A stretch of 64,000 bases of DNA, taken from the IMG/VR virus record IMGVR_UViG_3300037249_001405, positions 128,001 through 192,000 of that record, one strand, 5' to 3'. Source of the stretch: a virus. Taxonomy: Duplodnaviria; Caudoviricetes. Shown piece by piece: positions 52,082 to 62,789 of the stretch (positions are counted from its first letter, which is position 1; each line of letters starts with the position of its first letter). The translations under genes were made by a program, and so were the position numbers. The notes beneath the pieces were generated by a model, which was not told the DNA's origin, did no database searches, and saw nothing but the letters and a program-made list of their open reading frames with translations.

Positions 52082-53206
52082 ATGACATCAAATAAGAGAA
52101 TTATGAACAGGGAACCAAGGGAGTTCATAGCTCCTACATTGGATTCTTATGATTGTGGTGATTATCCGATTGTGTACCAATCTGAGTTTTGTACAGGTAT
52201 TGGTATAACAATAAATGATGAATCACCAACCCCACCTAATAGATTCAATAAGGATGGATTTGTTGATCTATCAAAATATACAGCGGAATATGCGTTTTTT
52301 AAGAAACGTTGTAGTAAATGTAAAAGGAAACTAGTTGAATTAGCTGATCCAAAGACGAATTCTTCTGGAACTCCTGAAAAGACTGTAGAAAAATATAAAC
52401 CTTTTTACGATACCACAAGAGAAGGTAGATATGTTTCTGCTTGTACAAAAAGAGGTATTGCTACTATTCCCCCAGTAGAAATAACATGTCCTGATTGTAT
52501 CGCTACTAATGAATTAATGCCAGATGAATTGATTTTAGTAGAGAAAGATTTATTAAAATGTAATGAAAATCTGCCATCTGGTTTTAATAGTAGTAGAGAA
52601 TATTTCTTAGCATTTAAAAGAAACTATAATTTCTTCTTTAATCTAATTCCATTAAATGATCTTGAATTAATTTCTGATGTTAAGAAGGATTATTTAAGTA
52701 AGTTTGAGAAATATTCTTTTAAATTTTCTCAGGTTCGTTTAAAATCTAGTGATGACAATGTTAGTCCTACTAATAGAATTACAATCACTAAATTAGATGA
52801 TAGGGAACTACCACCATTATTAGCTGATATCAATGATGTGGATTGTTCTGTTTTACATGAAGCTTGGGTAGATCAGATGCCTCTTCAAGTGTTCATGAAA
52901 AGTATTTTAGACTATCTTTTTAATTCTGGCTTATCAACCGGAACTTATTCTTATAGTATTGATGATAAAATACTCCTAAATGTAAAAATCAATTATATAC
53001 CAAATGCATTTGGAGATGATTATGAGAGCTATAGAATGAAATCAATAGTAATATCTCCTAATGCTAATAACTATTCTTATACTAAATCATCAACTGGAGG
53101 AGCGCCTGAATTTGAAGTAACATGTCCCCCAGAAGAGGATGCATCAGAGAAAGTTTCTGTGGATAGTTATAGATATGATGTTGAATGTATTCAACTTTGT
53201 GAGTAG
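52082..53206 (+). CDS. hypothetical protein with CxxC pairs
   Basis: CSKC...CPDC. Confidence 0.75.
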   Translation: MTSNKRIMNREPREFIAPTLDSYDCGDYPIVYQSEFCTGIGITINDESPTPPNRFNKDGFVDLSKYTAEYAFFKKRCSKCKRKLVELADPKTNSSGTPEKTVEKYKPFYDTTREGRYVSACTKRGIATIPPVEITCPDCIATNELMPDELILVEKDLLKCNENLPSGFNSSREYFLAFKRNYNFFFNLIPLNDLELISDVKKDYLSKFEKYSFKFSQVRLKSSDDNVSPTNRITITKLDDRELPPLLADINDVDCSVLHEAWVDQMPLQVFMKSILDYLFNSGLSTGTYSYSIDDKILLNVKINYIPNAFGDDYESYRMKSIVISPNANNYSYTKSSTGGAPEFEVTCPPEEDASEKVSVDSYRYDVECIQLCE

Positions 53207-54070
53207 ATGAGATATTTTATAATAAAAAGAAGTAACTTCAATAAGATATTTTACTTTGAAAAAGAGTGGTATCCTATTGAAGTTATTGAAGTAGAATTAG
53301 ATGCTACCTTCACTCCATTAGCACATAGTAGTTATGTTAGATTATTAGATGATGAAGGTAATGTCTATACAAGATATTCATTTGAATTGTTTGATAGTAG
53401 GGAAGAAGCAGAGAATTTTACTGGAATTTATCAAGCTGTCGGTACTGATAGTTATCCTAATATCAAGGAAGAAAATAGTATAACTTCAAGTGAAATCCAT
53501 ATATCCGAAATTCAAATGAATGAGTTAGTTGGAATACCTAGTGGTTACTGTCCATTCGAAGAAAATACTATGTGCTGGAAATTAATGGGTATTCATAGAT
53601 TGATATTCATTAAAAAAGGAATGTTAAAAGAATTTCTTATCTGGTCTCTTCATGATAGTCCGGACCGCATCAAGGATAAATACTCTACTTGGTTTATTAA
53701 AGGAATGGGAGATCTAGAAGTAATTGAAGATTTCTTAAAGAATTTTATCAATCTTAAGTGTTTTCCTGTTCTGTTCTTTGAAGATAATTATGAGATTCGT
53801 GGAATGGATAAATTCGCCAAAATGAATTTTAAAGATTTACCAGTTTTTGCTATTGAACCCAAAATATTTGTTGGTGATAAGATCAATACAATGAGATTCA
53901 GTAATTATCATTGGGTAATAAAAGATTTTTCTAAAGAAGTAAATCTCTTTTATTGTGTGAATATTGAATGTGGAGGTTTTCATCAATTTCATGGAAGAGA
54001 TCTTTTCCTAAATGAAGATGATGCTGCGGAAGCTATCCTAAATAGAACTGAATTCACATACAATAAATAA
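53207..54070 (+). CDS. hypothetical protein
   Basis: 287 aa; ATG directly after the upstream TAG, same frame. Confidence 0.75.
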   Translation: MRYFIIKRSNFNKIFYFEKEWYPIEVIEVELDATFTPLAHSSYVRLLDDEGNVYTRYSFELFDSREEAENFTGIYQAVGTDSYPNIKEENSITSSEIHISEIQMNELVGIPSGYCPFEENTMCWKLMGIHRLIFIKKGMLKEFLIWSLHDSPDRIKDKYSTWFIKGMGDLEVIEDFLKNFINLKCFPVLFFEDNYEIRGMDKFAKMNFKDLPVFAIEPKIFVGDKINTMRFSNYHWVIKDFSKEVNLFYCVNIECGGFHQFHGRDLFLNEDDAAEAILNRTEFTYNK

Positions 54071-54071
54071 T

Positions 54072-54114
54072 AAAAAAAAGAACATATAGCATTAAAACTA
54101 TATGTTCTTTTTTT
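54072..54114. terminator. bidirectional intrinsic terminator
   Basis: aaaagaacatatag/ctatatgttctttt. Confidence 0.8.
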
Positions 54115-54116
54115 AT

Positions 54117-54962
54117 TTAGAATACCCATTCTTTTGGATATTTAACTCTTTTTAATGATCCGTCACTTAATACAGTATAAGTAACGGATGATACAATTGG
54201 TTGATCTTTCTTTTCTTCAACCAATTGTTTAACTTCTTCAAATACTAGTAGATTTGGTGATTTTAAATTCGTCCAATCTTTTGTTATAAATACTGGTATT
54301 TGACCGGGAGTGTTGTTATAGTAGAATGAATCGGTGTCAACTTCTCTTATTTTGGTTCCACCTATTTCGATTCTGTACTTTTCAGCACTCGACAAATCAC
54401 CACCTACAAAAACACTGTTGTAGATGTTTCTCATGCAAATCTCAAAATTAATATCCATAGATGGGAAGAGTTTTATTCTTCCCCTAGTTTGGAATTTTTT
54501 GAATTCTACGTTTGGTTCGTTACCTTTCTTAATAGTAACGTGTGGATTAATAAGATTGAAAATACCAGCCCTATCATTCCACAAAAGATCAGACGTTATT
54601 TCTATACTCATGATCAAATCACTTCCTATATCTTTTGTAAGATCAGAAATGATTAGAGTAATAGCTGTTCTGTCTAATCTAACCATTAAATAATAATCGC
54701 TTTTCTTTCCGGGTGTATACCCAAAAACAAGTATATTATTTACATTACATAACTTCCACTTTTTACCAGCTAATGTAATTAGCTCATCAGTAGAAGTCAT
54801 GTCAAATGGACTTCCTTGAAAAGTCTTTAATATTTCTGACTTCTCTTTGCCTTGCTTGAGACTCCAATTGTGAAATCTCTCATTCAAGTCAGAGAGAAAC
54901 CTATTAATCCAACTTTTCAGATATTCATAATCTGAAGCTGGTAATTTTTCGAATTTTATCAT
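54117..54962 (-). CDS. hypothetical protein
   Basis: 281 aa ORF. Confidence 0.75.
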   Translation of the reverse strand: MIKFEKLPASDYEYLKSWINRFLSDLNERFHNWSLKQGKEKSEILKTFQGSPFDMTSTDELITLAGKKWKLCNVNNILVFGYTPGKKSDYYLMVRLDRTAITLIISDLTKDIGSDLIMSIEITSDLLWNDRAGIFNLINPHVTIKKGNEPNVEFKKFQTRGRIKLFPSMDINFEICMRNIYNSVFVGGDLSSAEKYRIEIGGTKIREVDTDSFYYNNTPGQIPVFITKDWTNLKSPNLLVFEEVKQLVEEKKDQPIVSSVTYTVLSDGSLKRVKYPKEWVF

Positions 54963-54964
54963 TT

Positions 54965-55849
54965 TTACTTAAATTCAAACAATTTAGTAAATACGATATT
55001 TCCTCTGAGGTGATTTTGATTTTCACCATTAAGGAACGGCATAAGATTTTCTCCTATTGCATTTATTTGATCTTGTGTAGGAGAATCAAAATTCAATTTT
55101 TTGCATATATCACTTATGCAGAAAATTATACTATTAGGAGGACAGTTATAAATATCCTCCACCATAACCACAGAGTCTGGATTTACCCCAAGTCGTAATC
55201 CGGTTTTATCTGGATTATCATACAATAATTGAGTAAGTCCAAATCTTTCTAGGGGTTCTCTATCCAAGTAAATCATGGATACGATCCAGTTACCAACTCT
55301 AACAAACTGAAGTGTGGTAACTTTTGGTTCTTTAGGCTGTTGATCTTCTCTTTCTTCTTTGTAAGATGGATCAACAACAGGCGGATTATTTACGTCTCTA
55401 CCAAATGCATGTTCATTACTAAATTTGTGATAAAAAACGTGCATTTTAGTAACTCGATCGTAACTAAAACCAGCTCCTAAGAAATCAATTTCTTTATTGA
55501 GAAAATCGACGGTAATTTGATCAAATTTTTCTTCAATAAATTTTACTAAATGATCTTCTTCTTGTGAATTTGCCAATGGAAATTCACAAAAAGAGATACC
55601 TTTTCGAAGATCTCCAACCTTTTCGTTTCCTTTACCGTAAGGTTGAAGAACGACGAGATCTTGAAGATCTACCATCATTGGTAGAGCACACGTTAACCAA
55701 CCTAACGGTCCAGTTAACGAGTGATCATTTGCATGACCTTTATCTACTCCAATTGCGATGAGGTAAAGGTTATTTTCGTCCCTACCGATGTAGGTTCCAA
55801 ATCCGAGCTTTTCAAGCTCTTCGCATTGGTTTTTTATATTGTAGTTCAT
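54965..55849 (-). CDS. hypothetical protein
   Basis: 294 aa, leader element at 55872-55942. Confidence 0.75.
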   Translation of the reverse strand: MNYNIKNQCEELEKLGFGTYIGRDENNLYLIAIGVDKGHANDHSLTGPLGWLTCALPMMVDLQDLVVLQPYGKGNEKVGDLRKGISFCEFPLANSQEEDHLVKFIEEKFDQITVDFLNKEIDFLGAGFSYDRVTKMHVFYHKFSNEHAFGRDVNNPPVVDPSYKEEREDQQPKEPKVTTLQFVRVGNWIVSMIYLDREPLERFGLTQLLYDNPDKTGLRLGVNPDSVVMVEDIYNCPPNSIIFCISDICKKLNFDSPTQDQINAIGENLMPFLNGENQNHLRGNIVFTKLFEFK

Positions 55850-55939
55850 AATCTTATATAATTTTATTTAGTTAATAATCTAGAAAAAATAAAAGAAGAT
55901 ATAAACAATATTGTTTATATCTTCTCCTAATTAAGAGTT

Positions 55940-56323
55940 TTACCGTTTTTTACTCTTTCTCAATCTTTCTAGACGTTTATATAGATTTAGCCACGGAACA
56001 CTATTCTTTAGCTTAGCTTTTGAGAATACTGATTTCTTGTTTTCCCATAAGAAATCAGTTATTTCTTCCATTGGCAGGGAAAGGATATTCTCTACACACT
56101 TATCATTAACATACCATTCTTTCCTGTATTTTCCGAATCCTTTTAGATGTAGATAATCATGTATGCATCTCTCATCCACTCTACTACCTTTGGTAACCCT
56201 CACTAACTTACAACTCGGATTGTGTGCTAAGTATTGGGTTAATCTGGACTCTACATCATCTGCATAACCAATCTTATACAATTTATTTCCCTCTGAATCT
56301 AAACTTGTCAAGCAATATAACAT
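55940..56323 (-). CDS. GIY-YIG superfamily (T5orf172/MUG113-like) domain protein
   Basis: LYC...YKIGYA..V..R..QY..HNP, DE..IH..L, EWY. Confidence 0.7.
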   Translation of the reverse strand: MLYCLTSLDSEGNKLYKIGYADDVESRLTQYLAHNPSCKLVRVTKGSRVDERCIHDYLHLKGFGKYRKEWYVNDKCVENILSLPMEEITDFLWENKKSVFSKAKLKNSVPWLNLYKRLERLRKSKKR

Positions 56324-56519
56324 GATAATTTTATATTTATATTAAACATAATGAGTTTTTATTAATACGTATATTAGAATGGTAGTATATTGTTAGTGGA
56401 GTTTTCTTTATTTCAATCACTTTAAACCCTTAATAATGAGGAAGATATAGACAGTTAAGTTTATATCTTTCTTTTTTATTTTTCACGATTATATTAACAT
56501 TTAAAAAAACTACAATATT

Positions 56520-56984
56520 ATGGAAGTTATATTCCTGGTAGGCTTGCCTGGATCAGGTAAGTCCACAGTTGCAAGTATTGACCCCACTTACAAGGTGGTG
56601 TCAATGGACCGTATTCGTCAGGATATGGGCATCATCGGCTCTGATGGCAAAAAAGGCATCGGAAACAATGAGCAAGAAGCCGTTGTAAAGGCTAAAGAAA
56701 ATGAAACCATTGCCGATTGGGCTAAAGCCGGTTATGATTTCATAATTGATGATACTAATTTAAAATCCGGTAAAAGGATGATGCAAATTGATATCATTAA
56801 AAAAGCTAACCAAAATTACAAGATTAAGTATATTTTGGTTAAGACTCCGGTGGAGATTTGTATATCTCGCCGTCCTGAAATTCCCCAGGATATTATGCAT
56901 TCATTTAATGATGCAAGTAACTGGGTAATTTACAAAGAGGAGCTTCAACAGATTGATGCTCTTGAGGTAATAAGCAATAACTAA
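56520..56984 (+). CDS. AAA_33 / polynucleotide 5'-kinase domain protein
   Basis: GLPGSGKST, SMD.IR, IIDDTNL, P.E.C..R. Confidence 0.85.
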   Translation: MEVIFLVGLPGSGKSTVASIDPTYKVVSMDRIRQDMGIIGSDGKKGIGNNEQEAVVKAKENETIADWAKAGYDFIIDDTNLKSGKRMMQIDIIKKANQNYKIKYILVKTPVEICISRRPEIPQDIMHSFNDASNWVIYKEELQQIDALEVISNN

Positions 56985-56989
56985 TTATT

Positions 56990-57409
56990 ATGATTAAAAT
57001 TCTCGAAGAAGATTTGAGAGAATTTATCTGTGGGAAAATAGGTAAATTCTCTGACGATATTGAATTTCATCTTTCTAACTTTCCGAAAATACTCTTTAAA
57101 TCGGATAAAGACAAGGAAGGTGAGATTGTGATTTCCTACGGTGATCTGAAATTCACCCTTGAAGGAGGTTACGTAAACGCCGATACTGGCGATAATGTAA
57201 TCTTTCTTATAGTCACTCTAACTTATTTTGATAAAGAAAGTGAGCGACGTGGTAGAATTATATTCAGGTGCAAGTATCTGTTATATGATACTGATGGTAT
57301 CGTATATTGGGACAGTGACGGTCTCGATATCAAAACCGCGATAATCTCAATATTATCTGCACTTCAGATGAGTGATATGCAGATAATTGAATGTCCTATT
57401 GAAATTTAA
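56990..57409 (+). CDS. hypothetical protein (tandem paralogue)
   Basis: MIK.LE..L.EF, LS.FP, YGD.KF, IISILSA shared with next gene. Confidence 0.8.
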   Translation: MIKILEEDLREFICGKIGKFSDDIEFHLSNFPKILFKSDKDKEGEIVISYGDLKFTLEGGYVNADTGDNVIFLIVTLTYFDKESERRGRIIFRCKYLLYDTDGIVYWDSDGLDIKTAIISILSALQMSDMQIIECPIEI

Positions 57410-57423
57410 TTATTAACTGTATT

Positions 57424-57843
57424 ATGATTAAAGCATTAGAAAGGAACCTTAAAGAGTTCCTTGTGAATAACAGGACAGAATTTTTGCCTGAGGATATTAG
57501 GTTTAATTTAAGCCAATTCCCGGAAATTTCCTGGAGTAATCCTACAGAAAGAAATATTCATGTCGATTATGGTGACATGAAATTTCATCTTTCCTACGAG
57601 AGGATGAACGATACAGAAAATATCTATATCGTTTTGACCTTAATTCATCAAGAAAAAGGTAATGAATTCTGTATAGTAACCGATTGTAGGTGTCCTTACA
57701 AAGATGCTCACGGTTCTATAGGATATAATAATAACGGTACGCTCCGTTTACAAAACGGATTTAAACTCGAAGCCGTTATTATTTCAATATTATCTGCAAT
57801 CAATACTAACGAATTGGAGATAACGAGAACTACTATAGTATAA
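57424..57843 (+). CDS. hypothetical protein (tandem paralogue)
   Basis: same motifs as previous gene. Confidence 0.8.
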   Translation: MIKALERNLKEFLVNNRTEFLPEDIRFNLSQFPEISWSNPTERNIHVDYGDMKFHLSYERMNDTENIYIVLTLIHQEKGNEFCIVTDCRCPYKDAHGSIGYNNNGTLRLQNGFKLEAVIISILSAINTNELEITRTTIV

Positions 57844-57859
57844 GAAAGTTTACATAAGA

Positions 57860-58453
57860 ATGAATAATAATAATAGATTTAATTTTGGGGAGTGGTCTCT
57901 CACCGAGACCCGGAGTGTTATTGGTAAACTTATTATCAATAACAAGAATTATCCGGACGGTTTATTTGATACTGGATCACTCTACATTTTACTACCTGGT
58001 AAAACCCGCCGTCCTATTAGGGACATCTGGCATATTATCAGATATGTCTCCTGGGGTGTTATTCATATTTTCAGTCTCATTCGTGAGCTCAAAAAACTAA
58101 ATAACACATTCAGAAAAAATATAAATTCGCTCACTCTAGGCGATTTGTTATTGTACAAGGTATTCGAAAAATTTTGTTTCCTTGTGCATCTCGTTAGAGG
58201 AGCGAATAGAACAGGTATTATGTTGGGTTGGTCTGACTCATTGAAAAATGAGTATGATACACTCAACAATGATACTCATTTCGATGTTACTGTGAGGTGT
58301 TTTAATTCACCAAACAGTGATAACATTCAACATCTCATCTCTTCCGGACTTCTCAATGAAGCTGAGGATGATGAGGAGGTTACTCACATTGAGGTAACTA
58401 TTCAGAATTCAATTGGCGATTCTTTCGTCCTTGGAATTCTGAAAAAGAATTAA
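57860..58453 (+). CDS. hypothetical protein
   Basis: 197 aa ORF. Confidence 0.7.
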   Translation: MNNNNRFNFGEWSLTETRSVIGKLIINNKNYPDGLFDTGSLYILLPGKTRRPIRDIWHIIRYVSWGVIHIFSLIRELKKLNNTFRKNINSLTLGDLLLYKVFEKFCFLVHLVRGANRTGIMLGWSDSLKNEYDTLNNDTHFDVTVRCFNSPNSDNIQHLISSGLLNEAEDDEEVTHIEVTIQNSIGDSFVLGILKKN

Positions 58454-58506
58454 AAAAAAAACACATAGATTTATTTTTTTAGTATTTCTATGTGTTTTTT
58501 TTTTAT

Positions 58507-58575
58507 TAGTGGCTCATTGAGGATTCGAACCTCTTTCGGTATTATTTCCCGACGCTGCGCCTCGCCTTAGAGCCA
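58507..58575 (-). pseudogene. degenerate tRNA / tRNA-like RNA
   Basis: GGCUC/GAGCC acceptor, GAGG-UUCGAAU-CCUC T arm, UCGG/CCGA stem with 9-nt loop; own promoter (58702-58723) and terminator; no readable anticodon. Confidence 0.55.
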
Positions 58576-58810
58576 TGTATATAAACCCCCGCCAGATAAT
58601 AAAATCTTTGAAAGGGATTATAATTAAATAAACCCACCAACAACACTTATATTGGTGTTATTAGTGGGTGTGCTTCAGTTATTTATTTTTTTTTTTAATT
58701 GTTCATAAATAAGGGTTTTAAGGAATAAGAGGAAATAAAAAAAAACAAACTTAACTAGCTTTTTTGTTCTAATTAAGTTTGTTTTTCTCAATGCGTTAGT
58801 GTGGGTTCAG

Positions 58811-59284
58811 TTATCTCCATTCCCAGTCGGTCAACGACTGGTATACTCGACCCCCATCAAGTGTGGAGGGTCTGCGACTCTGTCTGTCGATCGGTACTGC
58901 TACCGACCGAACTACGGTGGCAGTTGCGCCACCGTAGCCTCCTGTGCGACCTGTGCGACGAACGGTCTCACCAAAGATCCCAGGCGTTACCGTCTCCTTG
59001 GAACCGTCGGAATAATACCGAACTACCGTATCCCCGTAAATACCCGGAGTCCGGGTCTCGGAGATCATGTGGATGGAGAGCGGCGATGTTGCAACAATCT
59101 GAGTACCGCCGAGGTACTTCTCAGCGTACTCCTTTGCTGCACCAGGATTGCTGAAACCAATGTTAGTGCCGCGAGGCACAAAAACGGTCTGCGGGCTATC
59201 CGATACAACTGCAGCGGTTGTTACTCCAACCGCAAGAGCTCCCAGGAATACGTCTCCCCAGGAGAAATCATTTTTCTTGCTCAT
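58811..59284 (-). CDS. hypothetical protein, hydrophobic N-terminal segment, TPGI(Y/F)G repeats
   Basis: 157 aa, GC-richer, own promoter (59324-59344) and terminator. Confidence 0.75.
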   Translation of the reverse strand: MSKKNDFSWGDVFLGALAVGVTTAAVVSDSPQTVFVPRGTNIGFSNPGAAKEYAEKYLGGTQIVATSPLSIHMISETRTPGIYGDTVVRYYSDGSKETVTPGIFGETVRRTGRTGGYGGATATVVRSVAVPIDRQSRRPSTLDGGRVYQSLTDWEWR

Positions 59285-59369
59285 GATCTAGTAGTTTTTT
59301 TAATTAATAAATTTTTGTTTGTGTTCAATAATAAGGCTTTGAAGAAGTCTTATACGTAAATTCTCAAAT

Positions 59370-59726
59370 CTATCTTTTCCTGTATTTATCGATAAATTCG
59401 AGAGCTTTTTTGAAATTATCTTCCGTTAATTCTATTGAATTCTGGTATAATAATTTCTCTGTTCCATCCACTTTTACTGTCTTAACGGAGAAAGAGAATG
59501 TTTCTGAATGAATTGTTATACTAACAACTTCATCTACTGACTCAAACACTACTCCTCCGTAATAACCGAAGACAGCGTATTTTTTATTATTAAATTCTTG
59601 TGGATACCTGTTTACGATATCTTTTGCATTATTGTAAACTTCTTGAGTAATTTTAGTAACTGTACCATCCTCTGATGATATATCTACTAATTCCTTCAAG
59701 TCATTAAGGTCTTCTATTAAACTCAT
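59370..59726 (-). CDS. hypothetical protein
   Basis: 118 aa ORF. Confidence 0.7.
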   Translation of the reverse strand: MSLIEDLNDLKELVDISSEDGTVTKITQEVYNNAKDIVNRYPQEFNNKKYAVFGYYGGVVFESVDEVVSITIHSETFSFSVKTVKVDGTEKLLYQNSIELTEDNFKKALEFIDKYRKR

Positions 59727-59728
59727 AA

Positions 59729-60622
59729 TTATTTAGTTATAAATCTAATATTATTTGAATTTAAGCCTAAAACATTAGGCCTAATTAATTCAATTTCATC
59801 CTCTTCGTATACAGAAAGGTCGTAGATTTTTCCATAACAACGAGGATTTTCTGGATGATTTCCATACCACAGACCTCTGAATCCGTATAGTCCTGGGCAT
59901 GAAGCATTCATACCTTTCTTAAGGTGTTTTTCTTTCACCTTAAGAACTACAACTCTATCTTTCCTGTTTTCTTCTTTATTATAGAGTTGGAGAATCATTC
60001 CAGGGCGTATATCTTCTTTCTTAATACGTCTTTGCTCTTTCACCCAATCTATCCTTGCCTTTATCTTAGGCAATTCTCTAATGCAATCGGGTTCTACAAG
60101 TTCCTGATTCTCCATTAATACTTTATACAGAAATTCACAAGCTTCCAACCAGTCTTCTGTTATGTCAACTGGAATAGTTGTGATATTACTGTATCCATCA
60201 GCTAAATGAAATATACCCCTTCTTGGTTTTGTTCCATTTATGCTGAGTTGATCTGCTCTTTTCAGTGTATAATCAAGAGTATGATCATTGACACGATTTT
60301 CGATATCTTTGATTATACTTACTTGCTCATCATACCATTCATTGTAGTTTGGTAATAATGTTATTTTTTTACCTTTAGCAAGATCTTTGAGAATTTTCTC
60401 ATGCTCAAGATCTTCTAGTCTTTCTTTTTCTACCCTCTCAAGAGCTTCCTCTATTGTGGGTACTCTGTTGGTTTTGTAATTTGGAGCCTCAATAAGTTCT
60501 CCAAATTCCCAACTAAAACCACCGCCTATTGTGAGTAGACACTGGTCTAACACGTCGATAACATTCTGTTGTATCGCCGGATAAAGGAGGATAGACCTCC
60601 TTATTGTATTTTTTACATTCAT
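59729..60622 (-). CDS. hypothetical protein
   Basis: 297 aa, leader element at 60640-60716. Confidence 0.75.
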   Translation of the reverse strand: MNVKNTIRRSILLYPAIQQNVIDVLDQCLLTIGGGFSWEFGELIEAPNYKTNRVPTIEEALERVEKERLEDLEHEKILKDLAKGKKITLLPNYNEWYDEQVSIIKDIENRVNDHTLDYTLKRADQLSINGTKPRRGIFHLADGYSNITTIPVDITEDWLEACEFLYKVLMENQELVEPDCIRELPKIKARIDWVKEQRRIKKEDIRPGMILQLYNKEENRKDRVVVLKVKEKHLKKGMNASCPGLYGFRGLWYGNHPENPRCYGKIYDLSVYEEDEIELIRPNVLGLNSNNIRFITK

Positions 60623-60788
60623 ATTTGATATAGTTTTTTGTTAATAATCATGAAAAATAAAGAAGGGAATATAAACTTTAATCGTTCATATTCCCTTCTT
60701 ATATAAAGGTTTTAGCTGGTTAGATATGCATAATCTAGAGAACCCTTAAATCTTTAGTATTGAATATAAATTATAATTAACAAAAAAA

Positions 60789-61019
60789 ATGACAAATAAC
60801 AGTGACGCTGTAGAATGTTCCTTCACATGGAACAAAAACAGTGATGCAAATAAGCCACCTATTAATCATTCTGTTCTTCTCATTACGAAAAATGGTGCAG
60901 CAGAAGGTGAATGGAAAGGTGAAAATTGGATCCAATACAGATGGAGTTGTACTGTGCAGGACAATGATGTATTGTATTGGACTGAATTATCTAATTTAAT
61001 GATTAAAAACAATGAATAA
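60789..61019 (+). CDS. DUF551-like small phage protein
   Basis: W......KP...VL...W...V.YW..L pattern. Confidence 0.5.
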   Translation: MTNNSDAVECSFTWNKNSDANKPPINHSVLLITKNGAAEGEWKGENWIQYRWSCTVQDNDVLYWTELSNLMIKNNE

Positions 61020-61890
61020 TAGAATATTAATACGTTCTACACAAAAATTAGAACAATATGAATCCCCAGTATTTTTTACCGGTAGAGAAATCATAACTAA
61101 ACTTGCGTCTAGAATTTATAAACTGGATATAAATCTTGACCAGGCTACTAAATTAGAAAAGAAGCGTTCTCAGCTTAATCGAGAGAATTTAACTGATGAA
61201 CGTTGCAGAGAAATCGCAGTAGAGCGTGAAGGAAGAGGTAACTATTTCTTGATAAAATTGAATGTAGATTTATTTGAGAAATTAAAGGGTTATCACTCCA
61301 GACTATTCTTTTTGAAAAATGTTTGTGATTCTAAAATCATTGACATACAGAGTAGCGCTTATTGGAGAGACTGCGTAAATCAGTATCTTAAAGATGTTGA
61401 TTACACACATAAGAATGCTATTCTCACTTATAATAATAAAAATTATTATAATTGCAAGAAAAGTTGTAATATGATCGTCTATCTTACGTCATATACTTGT
61501 TACAATCTATTCTTATCGTCTAAGGGTGATTATATTAGGCCGATTTCTGAAAAGGAATTCTTTAAGATTCCCCATGTAAAGTGGGACAAAGAATCAGATG
61601 ATTGGGATATGTTAGATTGTGATGACGAAGGCCCTAAGTTTCATATTTATTCTCGTAAATATTTACCAGGGGATTCTGTATATGGTTTCATCAGTAAAAC
61701 ATCATTTATAATTTCCGGCGGTGATGATTACAACCCTTCTGTTGATCTTCCTTACATGGAAGAGGAGAAAGCTATAGCTATTGGTAAAGAGTTTTTGGAT
61801 AATATGCCAAAAGACGGTATCAATAGGGATTATTTCGATGAGTTCTTTTATTCGAAAGGAGCTCTCGATGAAGACTTTGATTACAATTAA
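61012..61890 (+). CDS. tandem paralogue family protein 1
   Basis: EIITKLASRIYKL motif. Confidence 0.75.
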   Translation: MNNRILIRSTQKLEQYESPVFFTGREIITKLASRIYKLDINLDQATKLEKKRSQLNRENLTDERCREIAVEREGRGNYFLIKLNVDLFEKLKGYHSRLFFLKNVCDSKIIDIQSSAYWRDCVNQYLKDVDYTHKNAILTYNNKNYYNCKKSCNMIVYLTSYTCYNLFLSSKGDYIRPISEKEFFKIPHVKWDKESDDWDMLDCDDEGPKFHIYSRKYLPGDSVYGFISKTSFIISGGDDYNPSVDLPYMEEEKAIAIGKEFLDNMPKDGINRDYFDEFFYSKGALDEDFDYN

Positions 61891-61921
61891 TATTAATAAA
61901 TTAAAATAAAAAACTATAAAA

Positions 61922-62359
61922 ATGGCAAAGAAATTAGTAAAGGTTGAAGTAAAGGAAAATAAACTCCAACCCAATGCAATCTTACTCGAAGAGGATGAGA
62001 TTTTGTCAGCAACATGTGACATTTACAAGTTTAATCTTTCAAAGAAGAATAAACTTGGTCAGTTAGCTGCAAGAGATTTAGGTAGTTGCGAAGACTATGA
62101 AGAGGATGACTTTGATTTCTGCTTACTGAGAGTAAAAGACTCTCTATTAGAGAAATTAGAGAAAAGAGAAATTACACTACTATACAAATATGATATGTAT
62201 GATGAAACGGATGATGGTATTGCTGAAATAACATCACTTGATAGCTTATTAGAGTATATAGACGATTATATAACTAATAATGATGGAGAATTCCTTTTTG
62301 AGAGATTTAACAGAAAGGACCAAGTTTATTTCATCCCTTACCTAAATAGCATAATTTAA
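61922..62359 (+). CDS. tandem paralogue family protein 2
   Basis: EILSATCDIYKF. Confidence 0.8.
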   Translation: MAKKLVKVEVKENKLQPNAILLEEDEILSATCDIYKFNLSKKNKLGQLAARDLGSCEDYEEDDFDFCLLRVKDSLLEKLEKREITLLYKYDMYDETDDGIAEITSLDSLLEYIDDYITNNDGEFLFERFNRKDQVYFIPYLNSII

Positions 62360-62369
62360 GTACAAGATT

Positions 62370-62789
62370 ATGGAAAAGATTGAAATAAAAAATACCGATC
62401 TCACGTCAAATGCGATTGTGCTTGAAGACTCAGAAATCATCACAAAAACTTGTGATATTTATAAATTCAAGCTTTCAGATGAAAAGAAATGTGATCGACT
62501 TTTATCTGCTCGTATCTTTTTTGATCCTGATGAAGACGACATTGATGATTTTGACTTCTTTTTACTCAGAATAAAAGATGATATTATCTCTATTCTAGAG
62601 GAAAGAAAAACAGAGATCATTTACAAAGAAACGGACGATGATGGTGCTGAAGATGGTTATTACCCTATAAGATCTTTTTACAAATTAGTAGAAGATATCA
62701 ACTATTATCTTGAAAATAACTGTGGAAAACTAATAATGAGTAGAGTAGGTAATAGAGATATTATCTGCATTATTAACGGTTTTGTCTAA
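62370..62789 (+). CDS. tandem paralogue family protein 3
   Basis: EIITKTCDIYKF. Confidence 0.8.
   Translation: MEKIEIKNTDLTSNAIVLEDSEIITKTCDIYKFKLSDEKKCDRLLSARIFFDPDEDDIDDFDFFLLRIKDDIISILEERKTEIIYKETDDDGAEDGYYPIRSFYKLVEDINYYLENNCGKLIMSRVGNRDIICIINGFV

Noticed and set aside
58799-59359. Plus-strand ORFs of 186 and 117 aa
   Set aside because: Shadows of the GC-richer minus-strand gene, which has the promoter and terminator.
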